Sequence record: MG765277.2
Length of the DNA stretch: 32,000 bases
Reading direction: 5' to 3' (one strand)
Source of the DNA: Lactobacillus phage Bacchae
Shown: positions 16,444-24,597 of the stretch, in pieces
Layout of the letters: every line of letters begins with the position of its first letter
Position numbering within the stretch: position 1 is the first letter of the stretch
Translations under genes and position numbers: made by a program
The notes under the pieces: model-generated
Databases searched by the model: none
What the model saw: the letters and a program-made list of their open reading frames with translations, nothing else
Told to the model about the DNA's origin: nothing

Positions 16444-16785
16444 ATGATTAAATTAAGCAACAGCATTAAAGTTTTAGTACCAGAAACGAACAATGACGGG
16501 GTAAAGGTTGACCTATCTTCTGAGATTTCAGCAGCGGTCAAGGTTATCGGCGGCGCCACTACTTACACGGCTCGGGGTAGTTGGGTAGAAAAGGACAAGC
16601 TATACACTGATAACATTAACGTTATGCAATTCAATTGTGATGAGTTCGATAACGATACTGTAAAAGTTATCAGTGAATTAATTTATGCAATTTTTAACCG
16701 AGCAGAACAGCTTGCTGTAAGCGTTGAAATTAACGGGACTTTATACATTTTAGAATCAGTAGACGACATCGAAAAATTATTTTAG
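16444..16785 (+). CDS. Hypothetical protein
   Basis: ATG after GAGGGG (MIKLSNSIKVLVPE...); the track start at 16426 precedes the RBS. Confidence 0.8.
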   Translation: MIKLSNSIKVLVPETNNDGVKVDLSSEISAAVKVIGGATTYTARGSWVEKDKLYTDNINVMQFNCDEFDNDTVKVISELIYAIFNRAEQLAVSVEINGTLYILESVDDIEKLF

Positions 16786-16802
16786 AAAAGGGGTTTTACA
16801 TT

Positions 16803-17033
16803 ATGAAAGCGAATAAAGTACATTTTAACGAGGATTTTGCAAGTGAAACTAATAACGGTAAGGCCGTGTTTTCAGCTAGTGTTAACGGCCGCATAGTTGG
16901 GACGTTTCAATTTTTATCGGGTATGATTGTCTTTACCTCATTAGATGATAGCGTTCGCGGCAACGCCGTAACGGTTCAATATGATGACTGTAGACAGTTA
17001 GTTGACGACCTTAAAGCAATGAAAGTAGACTAG
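16803..17033 (+). CDS. Small protein, paralogue of 6685..6897
   Basis: See 6685; AAAAGGGG RBS. Confidence 0.75.
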   Translation: MKANKVHFNEDFASETNNGKAVFSASVNGRIVGTFQFLSGMIVFTSLDDSVRGNAVTVQYDDCRQLVDDLKAMKVD

Positions 17034-17053
17034 TAACCAGTATTATAGTTATT

Positions 17054-17082
17054 AACGGCTATCCATTAGGACGGCCGTTTTT
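17054..17082 (+). terminator. Rho-independent terminator ending the + strand array
   Basis: AACGGC...GACGGCCGTTTTTT. Confidence 0.7.
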
Positions 17083-17626
17083 TGTTGTCTATAATAGCAT
17101 ATCATGCACAAGGCTATATAAGCCGTTCTAATCCATTTTAAGCTAGGCCGGTATAATTACACTATTATATAGATTAACACTCTAATAGGCTATCTATATA
17201 GCTTACAGCGATACTCACGATATTATTAACACGATATACCGGCCTACAATAAAATTATATTATCATTCGTGTAATTATTAACACGGTATATGCAATCCGC
17301 TATAATGTTACATTTATATTATTTTTATAAAATTCCCTTGACATTGCCAGCGTATAGTGTTATGTATCACACCCCCTCCCCCCTGTCAAGCCCCATATAT
17401 AGGGGTACCTTAAGTACCTGCCTCGCTCAACCTTAGGCACAAATATTTTAGCCCAAAAATTTAGCACATTATACGGTATAATGAACACTATAATGAATCC
17501 CCATATGTAACACCACATACCCTCCCCCTATTAAATAAATGAGCAGCTAATTCTAAATACCGGTATATAAACAAATCCTAAAAACGCCCCCATAAAATTT
17601 TTGGCCTAATCAAGGCTATCGTAAAT

Positions 17627-17654
17627 AAAAAGACTGCTCAATTAAGAGTAGCCT
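17627..17654 (-). terminator. Rho-independent terminator of the minus-strand gene run
   Basis: On - strand: GGCTACTC-TTAATT-GAGCAGTC-TTTTT. Confidence 0.8.
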
Positions 17655-17693
17655 TTAGAATACTAACATTGAATTGTACTTTTATCAGTATTA

Positions 17694-17924
17694 TTACTCT
17701 GCAACTTTGGTTAGCAGCGGCATCCCATCTGAGTGAGACATAATAACTAATTTATTAATACCTTCATAGTCAGAATTATTTGTAAATGGCCGGCTAATAC
17801 AAAAAGTATTTCCATCCATATTCTTAACCATAGCAAATTTATCTTTACTATCTTTACCAACGATTTTAGCAACAGTGTCTGAACTACAAATGTTCTCTTT
17901 TGTGTAATAATCCTTAAATGTCAT
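17694..17924 (-). CDS. Hypothetical protein
   Basis: 76 aa ORF, RBS AAAAGGAG. Confidence 0.75.
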   Translation of the reverse strand: MTFKDYYTKENICSSDTVAKIVGKDSKDKFAMVKNMDGNTFCISRPFTNNSDYEGINKLVIMSHSDGMPLLTKVAE

Positions 17925-17953
17925 AATTACTCTCCTTTTGTGTCTTTAACAAA

Positions 17954-18307
17954 TTATTTAACTAATGTGAACCCTAAACTATCAACAAAAAATCCTAACT
18001 TCTTTATTTCGATATCTTTATTAACAACAGTCCAATCATCTGTGTTAACAATTGAAACGAACGAAGGACTTTCTTGGATTACTATAAAATAAGCATCCCC
18101 TTTTCGTAATTTACTTCCAACCCCCAGTTCAGAATATTCTTCCCAACTTTGAGTAATATCCGCCCTGCATGGCAGGTAATATTTGCCGTTATTATAAACA
18201 GCCTGGTTAAAAGAATCTAAATGAATATAAGAACCTTTAGGCCACTTAACCCCACGCACTCTTGTACCATTCATTAATACCATTTCTAGAGCTTCATCAA
18301 ATACCAT
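17954..18307 (-). CDS. Tad2/DUF2829-like protein
   Basis: N-terminus MVFDEALEMVLMNGTRVRGVKWPKGSYIHLDS...ITQSWEEY matches the family pattern; extra C-terminal domain. Confidence 0.6.
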   Translation of the reverse strand: MVFDEALEMVLMNGTRVRGVKWPKGSYIHLDSFNQAVYNNGKYYLPCRADITQSWEEYSELGVGSKLRKGDAYFIVIQESPSFVSIVNTDDWTVVNKDIEIKKLGFFVDSLGFTLVK

Positions 18308-18376
18308 AATTAACGTCTCTCCTTTATAAATTATAAATTTTTCAAATAACCTACTAACTAGGCTTCTTTAGTATAT

Positions 18377-18730
18377 CTAACCAATATTAAAATTATAACA
18401 CCAAAGGTCATGCACGAGGTTTTCCTCGGTAATGCCTTTAGCCTTTTCAATATAGGTTTCTTCATCTAGGACTGCATATGTTCCATCAGCTTCTTTAATC
18501 AACCGACAGGATTTGCCATAGCGTGTTAGTAATGTACCCGCTGCTGGAATACTAGCAATTTCCCAATCTGCAATAAAGTCTCTCTTACTTAGAATGACTT
18601 GATTACCATTACTATCTACAGTATCACCATCAGCATCTAGTACAATATAGCCATAGCAAACACCTGTTGTGTTCACCCGCTTTACCTTTTTACCGTCTAG
18701 CATAGCTTGTACTGCCTCATTGAACGTCAT
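18377..18730 (-). CDS. Tad2/DUF2829-like protein
   Basis: MTFNEAVQAMLDGKKVKRVN...YIVLDADGD...FIADWEI. Confidence 0.6.
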   Translation of the reverse strand: MTFNEAVQAMLDGKKVKRVNTTGVCYGYIVLDADGDTVDSNGNQVILSKRDFIADWEIASIPAAGTLLTRYGKSCRLIKEADGTYAVLDEETYIEKAKGITEENLVHDLWCYNFNIG

Positions 18731-18745
18731 AAATATTTCTCCTTT

Positions 18746-19120
18746 CTAATCTAGCTTTTTAAACCCTTTGTCCCTAATTATATCTATTAGGTCGTCACTA
18801 GTGAGTTCTCCGTAAACAGCATACCAGTCATCAACGTTAATCAGGCTCCACCTTGAGGGGGAGGCTGAAACTCTTGAAGGGGTTACTGATACTACTCGGT
18901 AAATTTGACCGTCTTTTACAAACCTGCTACCGGACTTTAAAGAATGATATTCTTCCCAATCACCTGTAATATCGTCTGTATTGGGGGTAAAACATTTAGA
19001 ATCATTCCACACAATATAACCTGACGTAGCTAGCGTAATATAGTCTTCTTTAATAGCCCACTTAACCCTACGAACCTTTTTACCTTTAAGTAACTCTTGC
19101 AGTGCTTCATTAAAAGTCAT
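18746..19120 (-). CDS. Tad2/DUF2829-like protein
   Basis: MTFNEALQELLKGKKVRRVKWAIKEDYITLATSGYI...ITGDWEEY. Confidence 0.65.
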   Translation of the reverse strand: MTFNEALQELLKGKKVRRVKWAIKEDYITLATSGYIVWNDSKCFTPNTDDITGDWEEYHSLKSGSRFVKDGQIYRVVSVTPSRVSASPSRWSLINVDDWYAVYGELTSDDLIDIIRDKGFKKLD

Positions 19121-19132
19121 AGCTAACCCTCC

Positions 19133-19429
19133 CTAAATAGTATCATCACTAACATAAATGTTTGAAGACAGCAACGTTGGCGAATACGTTCTAGTTAACT
19201 GGATAAGTGTATTTCTTACTTCTGAGGCATCAAAATCAGAGTCTGCTGAGACATCTAATGTAATATCATAAATAGTATCACAGTTTGTAGGAAATGCGTA
19301 AGAAGTTAAATAGTGGGGATGACACCTTACAATAGTATCTAAAATACTTGTAAATTGGCCCTCATTTAAATTCTTAAAGCCTAAAGAGGCATGTACTAAA
19401 AAGTTTGATTTTACTTCACTTGTTTTCAT
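19133..19429 (-). CDS. Hypothetical protein
   Basis: 98 aa ORF; start overlaps the upstream stop (ATGA). Confidence 0.75.
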   Translation of the reverse strand: MKTSEVKSNFLVHASLGFKNLNEGQFTSILDTIVRCHPHYLTSYAFPTNCDTIYDITLDVSADSDFDASEVRNTLIQLTRTYSPTLLSSNIYVSDDTI

Positions 19430-19587
19430 AATAGAGTCTCCATCCTATCTTCTTCATCATTCCCATAAATTGTATACATTGGTTCTCCCGTAAGGTTGTC
19501 ACAAATTTCAAGACCTCCGCATTGACGTGCGACTTCATCCCATTTATCAGTATATTCAAAATAAGCACTTTCTAAAATCTATTCCAT
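19426..19587 (-). pseudogene. Small ORF with in-frame TAG at codon 3
   Basis: - strand ATG GAA TAG ATT TTA GAA... giving ME*ILESAYFEYTDKWDEVARQCGGLEICDNLTGEPMYTIYGNDEEDRMETLL*, ATGA overlap with the next gene. Confidence 0.5.
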
Positions 19588-19590
19588 TTC

Positions 19591-19986
19591 CTATTCCTCC
19601 CATTGGTCAATAGAGCCATCATTAATAACCTTCATACCATATGACCTAATAACATCATCAAGCTCATCCTTAGAAACATTTTCGATAAATACTTTCCAAG
19701 TCTTAGTATCAACAATGTCTAGTTTGTCGCTTGCATTTAATTCATTTAAGATAACTCGATACTGGTTATCAGCAAGACTTAGTAGTGCTCCTACAGTAAC
19801 TTTAGACTGATATAGTTCCCAACTAAGCATAAGGTCTGTCTTGTTGTTGATATTGTGGGGCCTCCCGAGGTTATCAACAATATCACCATGAGAATCTAGC
19901 ATGATATAAGCATTGTCTTCTACCCAGTAACTTTGTCTAACTTTATTGCCGTCTAATAATGCGTCCATTGCTTCACTAAAGGTCAT
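19591..19986 (-). CDS. Tad2/DUF2829-like protein
   Basis: MTFSEAMDALLDGNKVRQSYWVEDNAYIMLDSHGDI...LMLSWELY; start trimmed from 20019 to the ATG after the GGAG RBS. Confidence 0.6.
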   Translation of the reverse strand: MTFSEAMDALLDGNKVRQSYWVEDNAYIMLDSHGDIVDNLGRPHNINNKTDLMLSWELYQSKVTVGALLSLADNQYRVILNELNASDKLDIVDTKTWKVFIENVSKDELDDVIRSYGMKVINDGSIDQWEE

Positions 19987-20024
19987 AATAATCTCCCCAC
20001 TCTTTAACTTAATAGCCATACCGC

Positions 20025-20471
20025 CTATTCAACGTCCTCAAAACAAACTTTGTTCCAGTCAATTGCGACATCATCACGACTTTTTAGTTGTTCAATTTGT
20101 TCGGGCGAAAAATCATCTATAACAGAAGTTAAATCCTCATCTACTAAACGTCCTAAATATGCCCGTTGACCCCAACTAAAAACATCAACATGCAGGTAAC
20201 TGTTTTCATCCGTTGAAACTACCTTTACTCGCTTTCTAATAACGCCCTTACGCTCTGAAATAGGGGTTTTAGCATAGGCTACAATAGCATCAAACAAGTC
20301 ATCACTTACACCAGACATATAGTGTAAGTCAACCATATTCTGATATTCTTCACTAATTACTGCCGCCGTAGCACCGCCGATTTCACCAGATACCCTAGTT
20401 TCGGATTCCCCTACTTTTACAATATGACCCGGAGTCTTGGTTACTCTTTTAATAAATTCTTCTGTCTTCAT
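20025..20471 (-). CDS. Hypothetical phage protein
   Basis: 148 aa ORF, AAGGAGG RBS. Confidence 0.8.
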   Translation of the reverse strand: MKTEEFIKRVTKTPGHIVKVGESETRVSGEIGGATAAVISEEYQNMVDLHYMSGVSDDLFDAIVAYAKTPISERKGVIRKRVKVVSTDENSYLHVDVFSWGQRAYLGRLVDEDLTSVIDDFSPEQIEQLKSRDDVAIDWNKVCFEDVE

Positions 20472-20541
20472 AATATTTCCTCCTTACCTTTCCTAAGTAA
20501 CTTGATTGCGTCTCAACAATCCACATTGATTGCCTCTGGTA

Positions 20542-20829
20542 TTATCCCAAGTCTGATGAAACTAATAGTAGTCCATACTGGTCAAACTGTTTAATAAGTT
20601 CTTCGGATGTGTTCTCATTAGAGCCAACAGCATTAATCAGCGTATTCCAAGCGTAGGGAGATGACACTTCTTTACATGAAGCATCCTCGTCATAGTCTTT
20701 TCCTACTACATCCTCATAGTAGTCAGCATATGCTTCTCCTTGATTATTAGCTCCTATTAATGCATAGTATTCGTTTTCTGGTTCGTTGAACTCATAATAC
20801 TTATGTTTAATTTCTGCTGTCATCTTCAT
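20542..20829 (-). CDS. Hypothetical protein
   Basis: 95 aa ORF; TTGACA-17-TATCAT promoter upstream. Confidence 0.75.
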   Translation of the reverse strand: MKMTAEIKHKYYEFNEPENEYYALIGANNQGEAYADYYEDVVGKDYDEDASCKEVSSPYAWNTLINAVGSNENTSEELIKQFDQYGLLLVSSDLG

Positions 20830-20882
20830 AGTTGTCTCTCCTCATTAAATAATGATAGTATATTAAAAATTGTTTGTCAACT

Positions 20883-21167
20883 CTAAAATAGCTTTCTACC
20901 ACACTTAGGACAATAGTTAGCTGGGGTACTAGCAAAACCCTTACTAGTAGACATTACTAAGTCAAAGTATTTAATACCAAAACTCGTATCTGAGTCTATT
21001 CCAAGGTCCCAACCTGCTTCATCAATCATGTTCTTATAGGGCTTATGACAGAACTCGCATGTTTCTTGTTCTAGAACATTCAATTGTTTTGTCAAAATAA
21101 ACTTATATGGGTTGTCATCATTGACGGCTTCAATCTTAGCTTTTAAATCAGTGATACTACTTGTCAT
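20883..21167 (-). CDS. Small protein with two CxxC knuckles (zinc ribbon-like)
   Basis: CEFC...CPKC. Confidence 0.75.
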   Translation of the reverse strand: MTSSITDLKAKIEAVNDDNPYKFILTKQLNVLEQETCEFCHKPYKNMIDEAGWDLGIDSDTSFGIKYFDLVMSTSKGFASTPANYCPKCGRKLF

Positions 21168-21221
21168 TTTCTTACACCCCTAGTTTGTATATTATTCAGT
21201 AAGATAGTTTCATTTTCGTCC

Positions 21222-21500
21222 CTAGTACCATTTAGCTTCCCCAAAGATAAGTTCTTTTGGTGCTATTAAATCTAGTTCAACATTTTGAGTCTTAGCATAT
21301 TCCTCGTAGTATTTATAGTTAGCCGTAATATGCTTAATTTCATCAGTAGTAAAGCCACTACAGAACAATAGCGCTGAGTGTTTGCCTTGATAGGCACTAG
21401 TTTGCATCACCTTAAACATCTTATTCCATAATTCAGGCTTAACCTGCCGTTCTCGGTAAGTCTTAGCAATTATTCTTAGTTGTTCTCCGCTTGTCAACAT
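21222..21500 (-). CDS. Hypothetical protein
   Basis: 92 aa ORF overlapping the upstream gene end. Confidence 0.75.
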   Translation of the reverse strand: MLTSGEQLRIIAKTYRERQVKPELWNKMFKVMQTSAYQGKHSALLFCSGFTTDEIKHITANYKYYEEYAKTQNVELDLIAPKELIFGEAKWY

Positions 21501-21805
21501 GAACTATCCTCCAAATCGCCATCCTTGATAAATACACCATCAACCATCTTTCCTTGACGATTCTTAATTGTGTTATAAGCTTCTTTAACACAGTCGTCTA
21601 GGTGTAGGCCATTTTGCAATGCATAGATAGTTAGCACAACAAAGATGTCGCCAATGCTATCAATCTGTTTATCTCGATAACCCTTATTGTGAGCTTCGGC
21701 AAGCTCCCCAATTTCTTCTACTAGTTTGATTAACTGTTTGTCAGAGTTCGTTTTATCTAGACCACGATGGGTAGCCCACGCTTCAATTGATTTTACATAA
21801 TCCAT
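21494..21805 (-). CDS. MazG-like nucleotide pyrophosphohydrolase
   Basis: KLVEEIGELAEAHNKG...QIDSIGDIFVVLTIYA...YNTIKNRQGKM. Confidence 0.88.
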   Translation of the reverse strand: MDYVKSIEAWATHRGLDKTNSDKQLIKLVEEIGELAEAHNKGYRDKQIDSIGDIFVVLTIYALQNGLHLDDCVKEAYNTIKNRQGKMVDGVFIKDGDLEDSSC

Positions 21806-22092
21806 TACTTATTTACCTCTTTACTTGTAGTTTTTAATAATTCTAGCTTTTTAATAATATCTTCATAACCTATATAGTTTAAAGAGTTACCCTGTTCATA
21901 GTCTAAAAATCTTGATAAGCTTAATCCTGTATACCTAGCTACTTGCTTCTGGCTAATAGATAACTCTGTTTCTAGCTGAATTATATGCTGTGAATAAACA
22001 AATTGTTTACTGTTAGCATACATACCACTATCATTTAGAAACTTAGCAAGTCTCTTGGCTGCCTTTCTATCACGCTTGCGCTCACTATTCAT
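21805..22092 (-). CDS. HTH (Xre/Cro-like) DNA-binding protein
   Basis: LSISQKQVARYTGLSLSRFLDYEQG; start MNSERKRD overlaps the upstream stop. Confidence 0.65.
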   Translation of the reverse strand: MNSERKRDRKAAKRLAKFLNDSGMYANSKQFVYSQHIIQLETELSISQKQVARYTGLSLSRFLDYEQGNSLNYIGYEDIIKKLELLKTTSKEVNK

Positions 22093-22444
22093 TGGTATCA
22101 CTATCCACATTATAGCCATGCTTCTTAACTAGTTCAATATCATTAGCATCATATAACTCATAACCTTTAGATAGTAGGCGTGAAACGTAGATATAGTTAT
22201 AGAATACTGCCACAGCGATTTGAATAATCAATGCTGTAATTGGGCTAACAGCATAACTGGCTACACTTAATACACAGAATACACCAAATGCCCCTAACCA
22301 ATCTCCCCGAAATAGTGGTGCAAATACACCGAAGAAGAATGTTGTCCATGAGATTCCCAGTGGGGATGACTTAATCTTACCGTTCTTCTTGTCAATGAAT
22401 TTAACCTTGAGTCCTGCGTCTTCAAATAATGTTGTAAAGTTCAT
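22085..22444 (-). CDS. DUF2628-like membrane protein
   Basis: ISWTTFFFGVFAPLFRGDWLGAFGVFCV...; behind TTGACA/TAGAAT + CCATTAAATAAGGAAAGAGG. Confidence 0.6.
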   Translation of the reverse strand: MNFTTLFEDAGLKVKFIDKKNGKIKSSPLGISWTTFFFGVFAPLFRGDWLGAFGVFCVLSVASYAVSPITALIIQIAVAVFYNYIYVSRLLSKGYELYDANDIELVKKHGYNVDSDTNE

Positions 22445-22477
22445 AATGTTTTGCCTCTTTCCTTATTTAATGGCCTA

Positions 22478-22506
22478 ATTCTATACCTATTGTTACTGCT
22501 TGTCAA
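22478..22506 (-). promoter_or_regulatory. Cassette-type promoter on minus strand
   Basis: - strand TTGACA-17-TAGAAT then TAGGCCATTAAATAAGGAAAGAGG...ACATTATG. Confidence 0.75.
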
Positions 22507-22778
22507 CCAATATATGGCTTTCCTGTAAAAATTTGTCCTATTCCAAACAGAACAAACAATGCAATTGCAAGTATAACCAATAATAGTAGAATATCATTTA
22601 GCTCACTTATCCACCCCTGACTAGCTAGCCAACCTCTAATCTTAGCAATACCTGAATGTGGCACAATGTACCTAAATGCCCTCCCCAGTAACTTTAACAC
22701 CCATCCGAAAACCCATAATAAAAATGATGCCCCAGCTATAGCTAGGATTCCAACAAATATATCTATAATAATTATCAT
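22503..22778 (-). CDS. Small membrane protein
   Basis: Start trimmed to MIIIIDIFVGILAIAG...; the longer frame overlaps a better-supported ORF (22786..22926). Confidence 0.65.
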   Translation of the reverse strand: MIIIIDIFVGILAIAGASFLLWVFGWVLKLLGRAFRYIVPHSGIAKIRGWLASQGWISELNDILLLLVILAIALFVLFGIGQIFTGKPYIG

Positions 22779-22785
22779 GGTTCCA

Positions 22786-22926
22786 TTATAACCTCCTTGC
22801 CAACCCTTCTGTGGGCCCATCTTCGTACTTTCTGCTTTCAACTTCTTTACGAATACGTTCAACATCATCCACACTAAGATTATCAAGTGCTTTGAGTATT
22901 TCTTGTTCAAATTCATGTGGTCTCAT
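22786..22926 (-). CDS. 46-aa hypothetical protein (absent from ORF track)
   Basis: MRPHEFEQEILKALDNLSVDDVERIRKEVESRKYEDGPTEGLARRL*, RBS AAAGGGG. Confidence 0.65.
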   Translation of the reverse strand: MRPHEFEQEILKALDNLSVDDVERIRKEVESRKYEDGPTEGLARRL

Positions 22927-23003
22927 ACGGTTACAACACCCCTTTTTCAATATGGTATGCTACCTTATATTAGTAGAACATTAAGTCACTAATTAAGGCG
23001 GGG

Positions 23004-23333
23004 TTATTTAACAGAAATCCATAGTCCATGATTACTAAGCTCAACTAAATAGCCTAATGCATGAAATATGCTAACAATCCATTTTATATTAGTTTTAGAG
23101 TTCAATTTATCAATATCTACTAATGTCACAGGGTTACCACGAAAAACAGCATTATCAATAACCTTTTTCATGATGTAGCTAAAGTCAGACTTAGTTTCGT
23201 CACAAGGACTTTTATCAATTAGGCGCTTAGCATCTTTAGCCAGATACTCACGAGCCTCAGCATTAGACATGATTGAACTAATCCCCTTATAAAGTACACT
23301 GTCGTCAAACTCGACTTCTTTATATTCTCGCAT
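23004..23333 (-). CDS. Hypothetical protein
   Basis: 109 aa ORF. Confidence 0.75.
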   Translation of the reverse strand: MREYKEVEFDDSVLYKGISSIMSNAEAREYLAKDAKRLIDKSPCDETKSDFSYIMKKVIDNAVFRGNPVTLVDIDKLNSKTNIKWIVSIFHALGYLVELSNHGLWISVK

Positions 23334-23338
23334 ATATC

Positions 23339-23776
23339 TTAGTCCTCCTCAATTTGATACCCATCTAACCACGCCCGGGCAAATGTATCGCCATTTTCAT
23401 CAAGCCAAGTGGTTAATTTAACGCTCCCCCAGCCATACTCGATAGCACCGATACTGGCGTTAATAACATCTGAATTATTTTTTAACATATCAATGTAATC
23501 TGCTACATACTCCGGAATCACTGGTAACTCGGCATACGTCTTCTTAAATACGTCATCGGCGATTGCCCAGTTTTCATCCTCAACTCCAGATGCAATCCAG
23601 TCGCCAATATTCACTCTTAGCTCGCCTTCCATTGTTGGCAAGAAGTAGGCTCCTTCAAATCCTATAGCAGTAGATGCAAGCTGTGTATTAATAATATCAT
23701 ATTTTTCAATCATCTCGTCGCTTCCGTCAAACTGCTCAGCCTTGATAGTAGTGGTTTTACGATAAATTTTAATCAT
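23339..23776 (-). CDS. Phage protein with DUF1642-like C-terminus
   Basis: IKAEQF...GELRVNIGDWI...DVFKKTY...VIPEYVADYI...ARAWLDGY. Confidence 0.6.
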   Translation of the reverse strand: MIKIYRKTTTIKAEQFDGSDEMIEKYDIINTQLASTAIGFEGAYFLPTMEGELRVNIGDWIASGVEDENWAIADDVFKKTYAELPVIPEYVADYIDMLKNNSDVINASIGAIEYGWGSVKLTTWLDENGDTFARAWLDGYQIEED

Positions 23777-23795
23777 TTGCTTTCCTCCATTTTAA

Positions 23796-24074
23796 TTAAC
23801 TTATTGACCAACTTGGCTTTACTCCATATAGGGTAAAACAGTACACATTAGTGATTGCTGTTCTTTGCTTTAGAGTAGGACGCCACCCATTGCGCTTAAT
23901 TCTTTTAGCAATTGTCCATGCCTTAAACCCTTTGACAGCATAGTCACAATCAATACCATTTTCAATGATATAGTCTAAGAAGTCTTCGTCTGACAGTAGC
24001 CATAATTCTTCTGCCTTACCATTTGAGTCTACTTGGGCAATCACGGCGTCAGCATATTCAAAATCATCGTCCAT
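23796..24074 (-). CDS. Hypothetical protein
   Basis: 92 aa ORF. Confidence 0.7.
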   Translation of the reverse strand: MDDDFEYADAVIAQVDSNGKAEELWLLSDEDFLDYIIENGIDCDYAVKGFKAWTIAKRIKRNGWRPTLKQRTAITNVYCFTLYGVKPSWSIS

Positions 24075-24076
24075 TT

Positions 24077-24538
24077 TCAGTCCTCCAGTAATTCCGGGCT
24101 AGTGTACGCGTTACCAATAACTTCAATATTCTGTTGTCCTTTGTCAACCTCACGCAACGTCAAGAATACTCCTTTAACACTAACTCCGAACGTCCCTGTA
24201 TCCTTTGTCACTGTTGCCGTTTCAGTAACGGTATTAGGCATAATTATTTTTGGCTTTGGGTCGTATTCGTCCTTGTATATATAAGTCTTTGGTTCCTCAT
24301 AACTGAGCCTTAAAATATCACCCTCATAGATTGGCTTACCATTAACATCTCTAAGTCCGGTAAACTGTAACAGTTCAACATTATCATTCTTAATGTCCCA
24401 AGTTTCGTTTTTTCTATTCACAATAACGTTAACAGAGCTTGGTGTCCCTTGGGTATCGCCATTCTGGATTGCTGATACATAGTCAGCCATTATCTTCCTG
24501 TACCCGTTCCAAGCTTTGAACCTAATTACTCTCGTCAT
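24077..24538 (-). CDS. YopX-family phage protein
   Basis: IRFKAWN...LLQFTGLRDVNGKPIYEGDILRLSYEEP...GNAYTSPELL. Confidence 0.85.
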   Translation of the reverse strand: MTRVIRFKAWNGYRKIMADYVSAIQNGDTQGTPSSVNVIVNRKNETWDIKNDNVELLQFTGLRDVNGKPIYEGDILRLSYEEPKTYIYKDEYDPKPKIIMPNTVTETATVTKDTGTFGVSVKGVFLTLREVDKGQQNIEVIGNAYTSPELLED

Positions 24539-24568
24539 ATTAAACGCCTCTTTCTTTTCTATAATAAA

Positions 24569-24597
24569 ATTATATCATATATGACATGCTTTGTCAA
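24569..24597 (-). promoter_or_regulatory. Minus-strand promoter for the YopX-like gene
   Basis: TTGACA-17-TATAAT with weak 8-6-8 dyad. Confidence 0.75.

Noticed and set aside
19426-19587. Genome-wide amber (TAG) recoding suggested by the in-frame TAG
   Set aside because: Many well-supported neighbouring genes stop at TAG with a following gene immediately downstream, so TAG is a normal stop here.
22779-22916. N-terminal extension MNLNKKYSKHLIILVWMMLNVFVKKLKAESTKMGPQKGW... of the 22503 ORF
   Set aside because: It overlaps 22786..22926 in another frame, which has a good RBS and stop/start overlap.
24033-24284. Plus-strand ORFs within the minus-strand gene run (24033, 27320, 28030, 29452, 31363, 2853-like shadows)
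   Set aside because: Each lies opposite a better-supported gene and lacks RBS/promoter.
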